A DNA stretch of 64,000 bases from Chamaesiphon sp. (lineage in GTDB: Bacteria; Cyanobacteriota; Cyanobacteriia; Cyanobacteriales; Chamaesiphonaceae), in the NCBI GenBank assembly GCA_965246715.1, contig CBDFFH010000005.1, forward strand, positions 1 to 64,000, read 5' to 3'. Shown one piece after another: positions 63,452-64,000 of the stretch. The position numbers were made by a program, and so were the translations under genes. Under the pieces are notes generated by a model, which saw only the letters and a list, made by a program, of their open reading frames with translations, did no database searches and was not told where the DNA came from. Numbering within the stretch: the stretch's first letter is position 1; the number at the start of each line of letters is the position of its first letter.

Positions 63452-64000
63452 CGGTCGATCGATTAATTATTTTCACTCGTTATCCGCTCTCAGGAAAGGT
63501 CAAAACTCGCTTGATTCCAGCCGTGGGAGCAGAGGCGGCGGCGACGCTGCACTGTCAGATGACCGAGCATACAGTCCGACAGGGGCGGCGATGGTTGGCA
63601 TCTACTGGGGGGTTAGGTTCGATTACGATTTGCTTCGATGGTGGAGATTTAGATCGCATGCAGGAGTGGCTGGGTGCGGACTTAATTTATCAACCCCAAG
63701 CAACAGGCGATCTGGGCATTCGCATGGATCGATCGATTGCGTCGGCGTGTGAGTCGGGAGATGATGCTTCACCGGAGCAGCTTTACCAAAGAGTCGTGCT
63801 GCTCGGTACCGATTGTCCGGGATTGACTGCGGCGATAATCGGGACGGCTTTCGATCGATTGTCGAGCGACGATATCGTTCTTGGTGCAGCATTAGATGGT
63901 GGTTATTATCTGATTGGGATGCGACGCGCTCATCCTGAATTATTTACCGGGATCGAATGGAGTACCGATCGAGTTTTGCAACAGACGATCGAGATTGCCA
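63448..64000 (+). CDS. TIGR04282/DUF2064-type glycosyltransferase-like protein (partial), translationally coupled to arsS
   Basis: Manual translation from the GTGA overlap: LIIFTRYP.SGKVKTRL, Q..GDLG.RM, LGTDCP, DGGYYLIG; runs off the window. Confidence 0.88.
   Translation, partial: MTVDRLIIFTRYPLSGKVKTRLIPAVGAEAAATLHCQMTEHTVRQGRRWLASTGGLGSITICFDGGDLDRMQEWLGADLIYQPQATGDLGIRMDRSIASACESGDDASPEQLYQRVVLLGTDCPGLTAAIIGTAFDRLSSDDIVLGAALDGGYYLIGMRRAHPELFTGIEWSTDRVLQQTIEIA

Noticed and set aside
63623..63892. Minus-strand 89-aa ORF in the track
   Set aside because: Antisense shadow of the plus-strand TIGR04282-type gene, which lacks a stop inside the window

Overview
Ordinary-looking cyanobacterial chromosome segment (psaE, cyanobacterial-type dnaE/lysS/purM, very dense CGATCG/HIP1-type palindromes; Chamaesiphon-like style is an inference). 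It carries housekeeping genes (rsmG, purM, two rlpA, lysS, yraN, dnaE, family-4 UDG), a stress/desiccation-type gene block with a C-terminally extended psaE, an HTH-NACHT NTPase, two large secreted proteins (metzincin/Calx-beta protease; 1803-aa RTX protein), a three-gene signalling locus, a candidate glucan-modification cluster (beta-barrel, OpgC, DUF3131, SGNH) and the start of an arsS operon. Most notable points: (1) hpnP, the hopanoid C-2 methylase, is split by a clean ISAs1 insertion with a 10-bp target duplication; (2) dnaE is one continuous, intein-free gene with the [10 protein letters not shown] junction intact, although cyanobacteria typically carry a split-intein dnaE; (3) layered small mobile DNA: about 150-bp AC-ended MITEs with 6-7 bp target duplications at stop/start codons, an IS1 nested in one MITE, and 24-nt inserts that appear to add 8 codons in frame to genes; (4) a hybrid kinase whose two cyanobacteriochrome-like GAF domains lack the bilin-binding Cys; (5) a single-base frameshift in rsmG. 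No rRNA, tRNA or CRISPR array was seen. Family calls come from motif recognition only; no searches were run.
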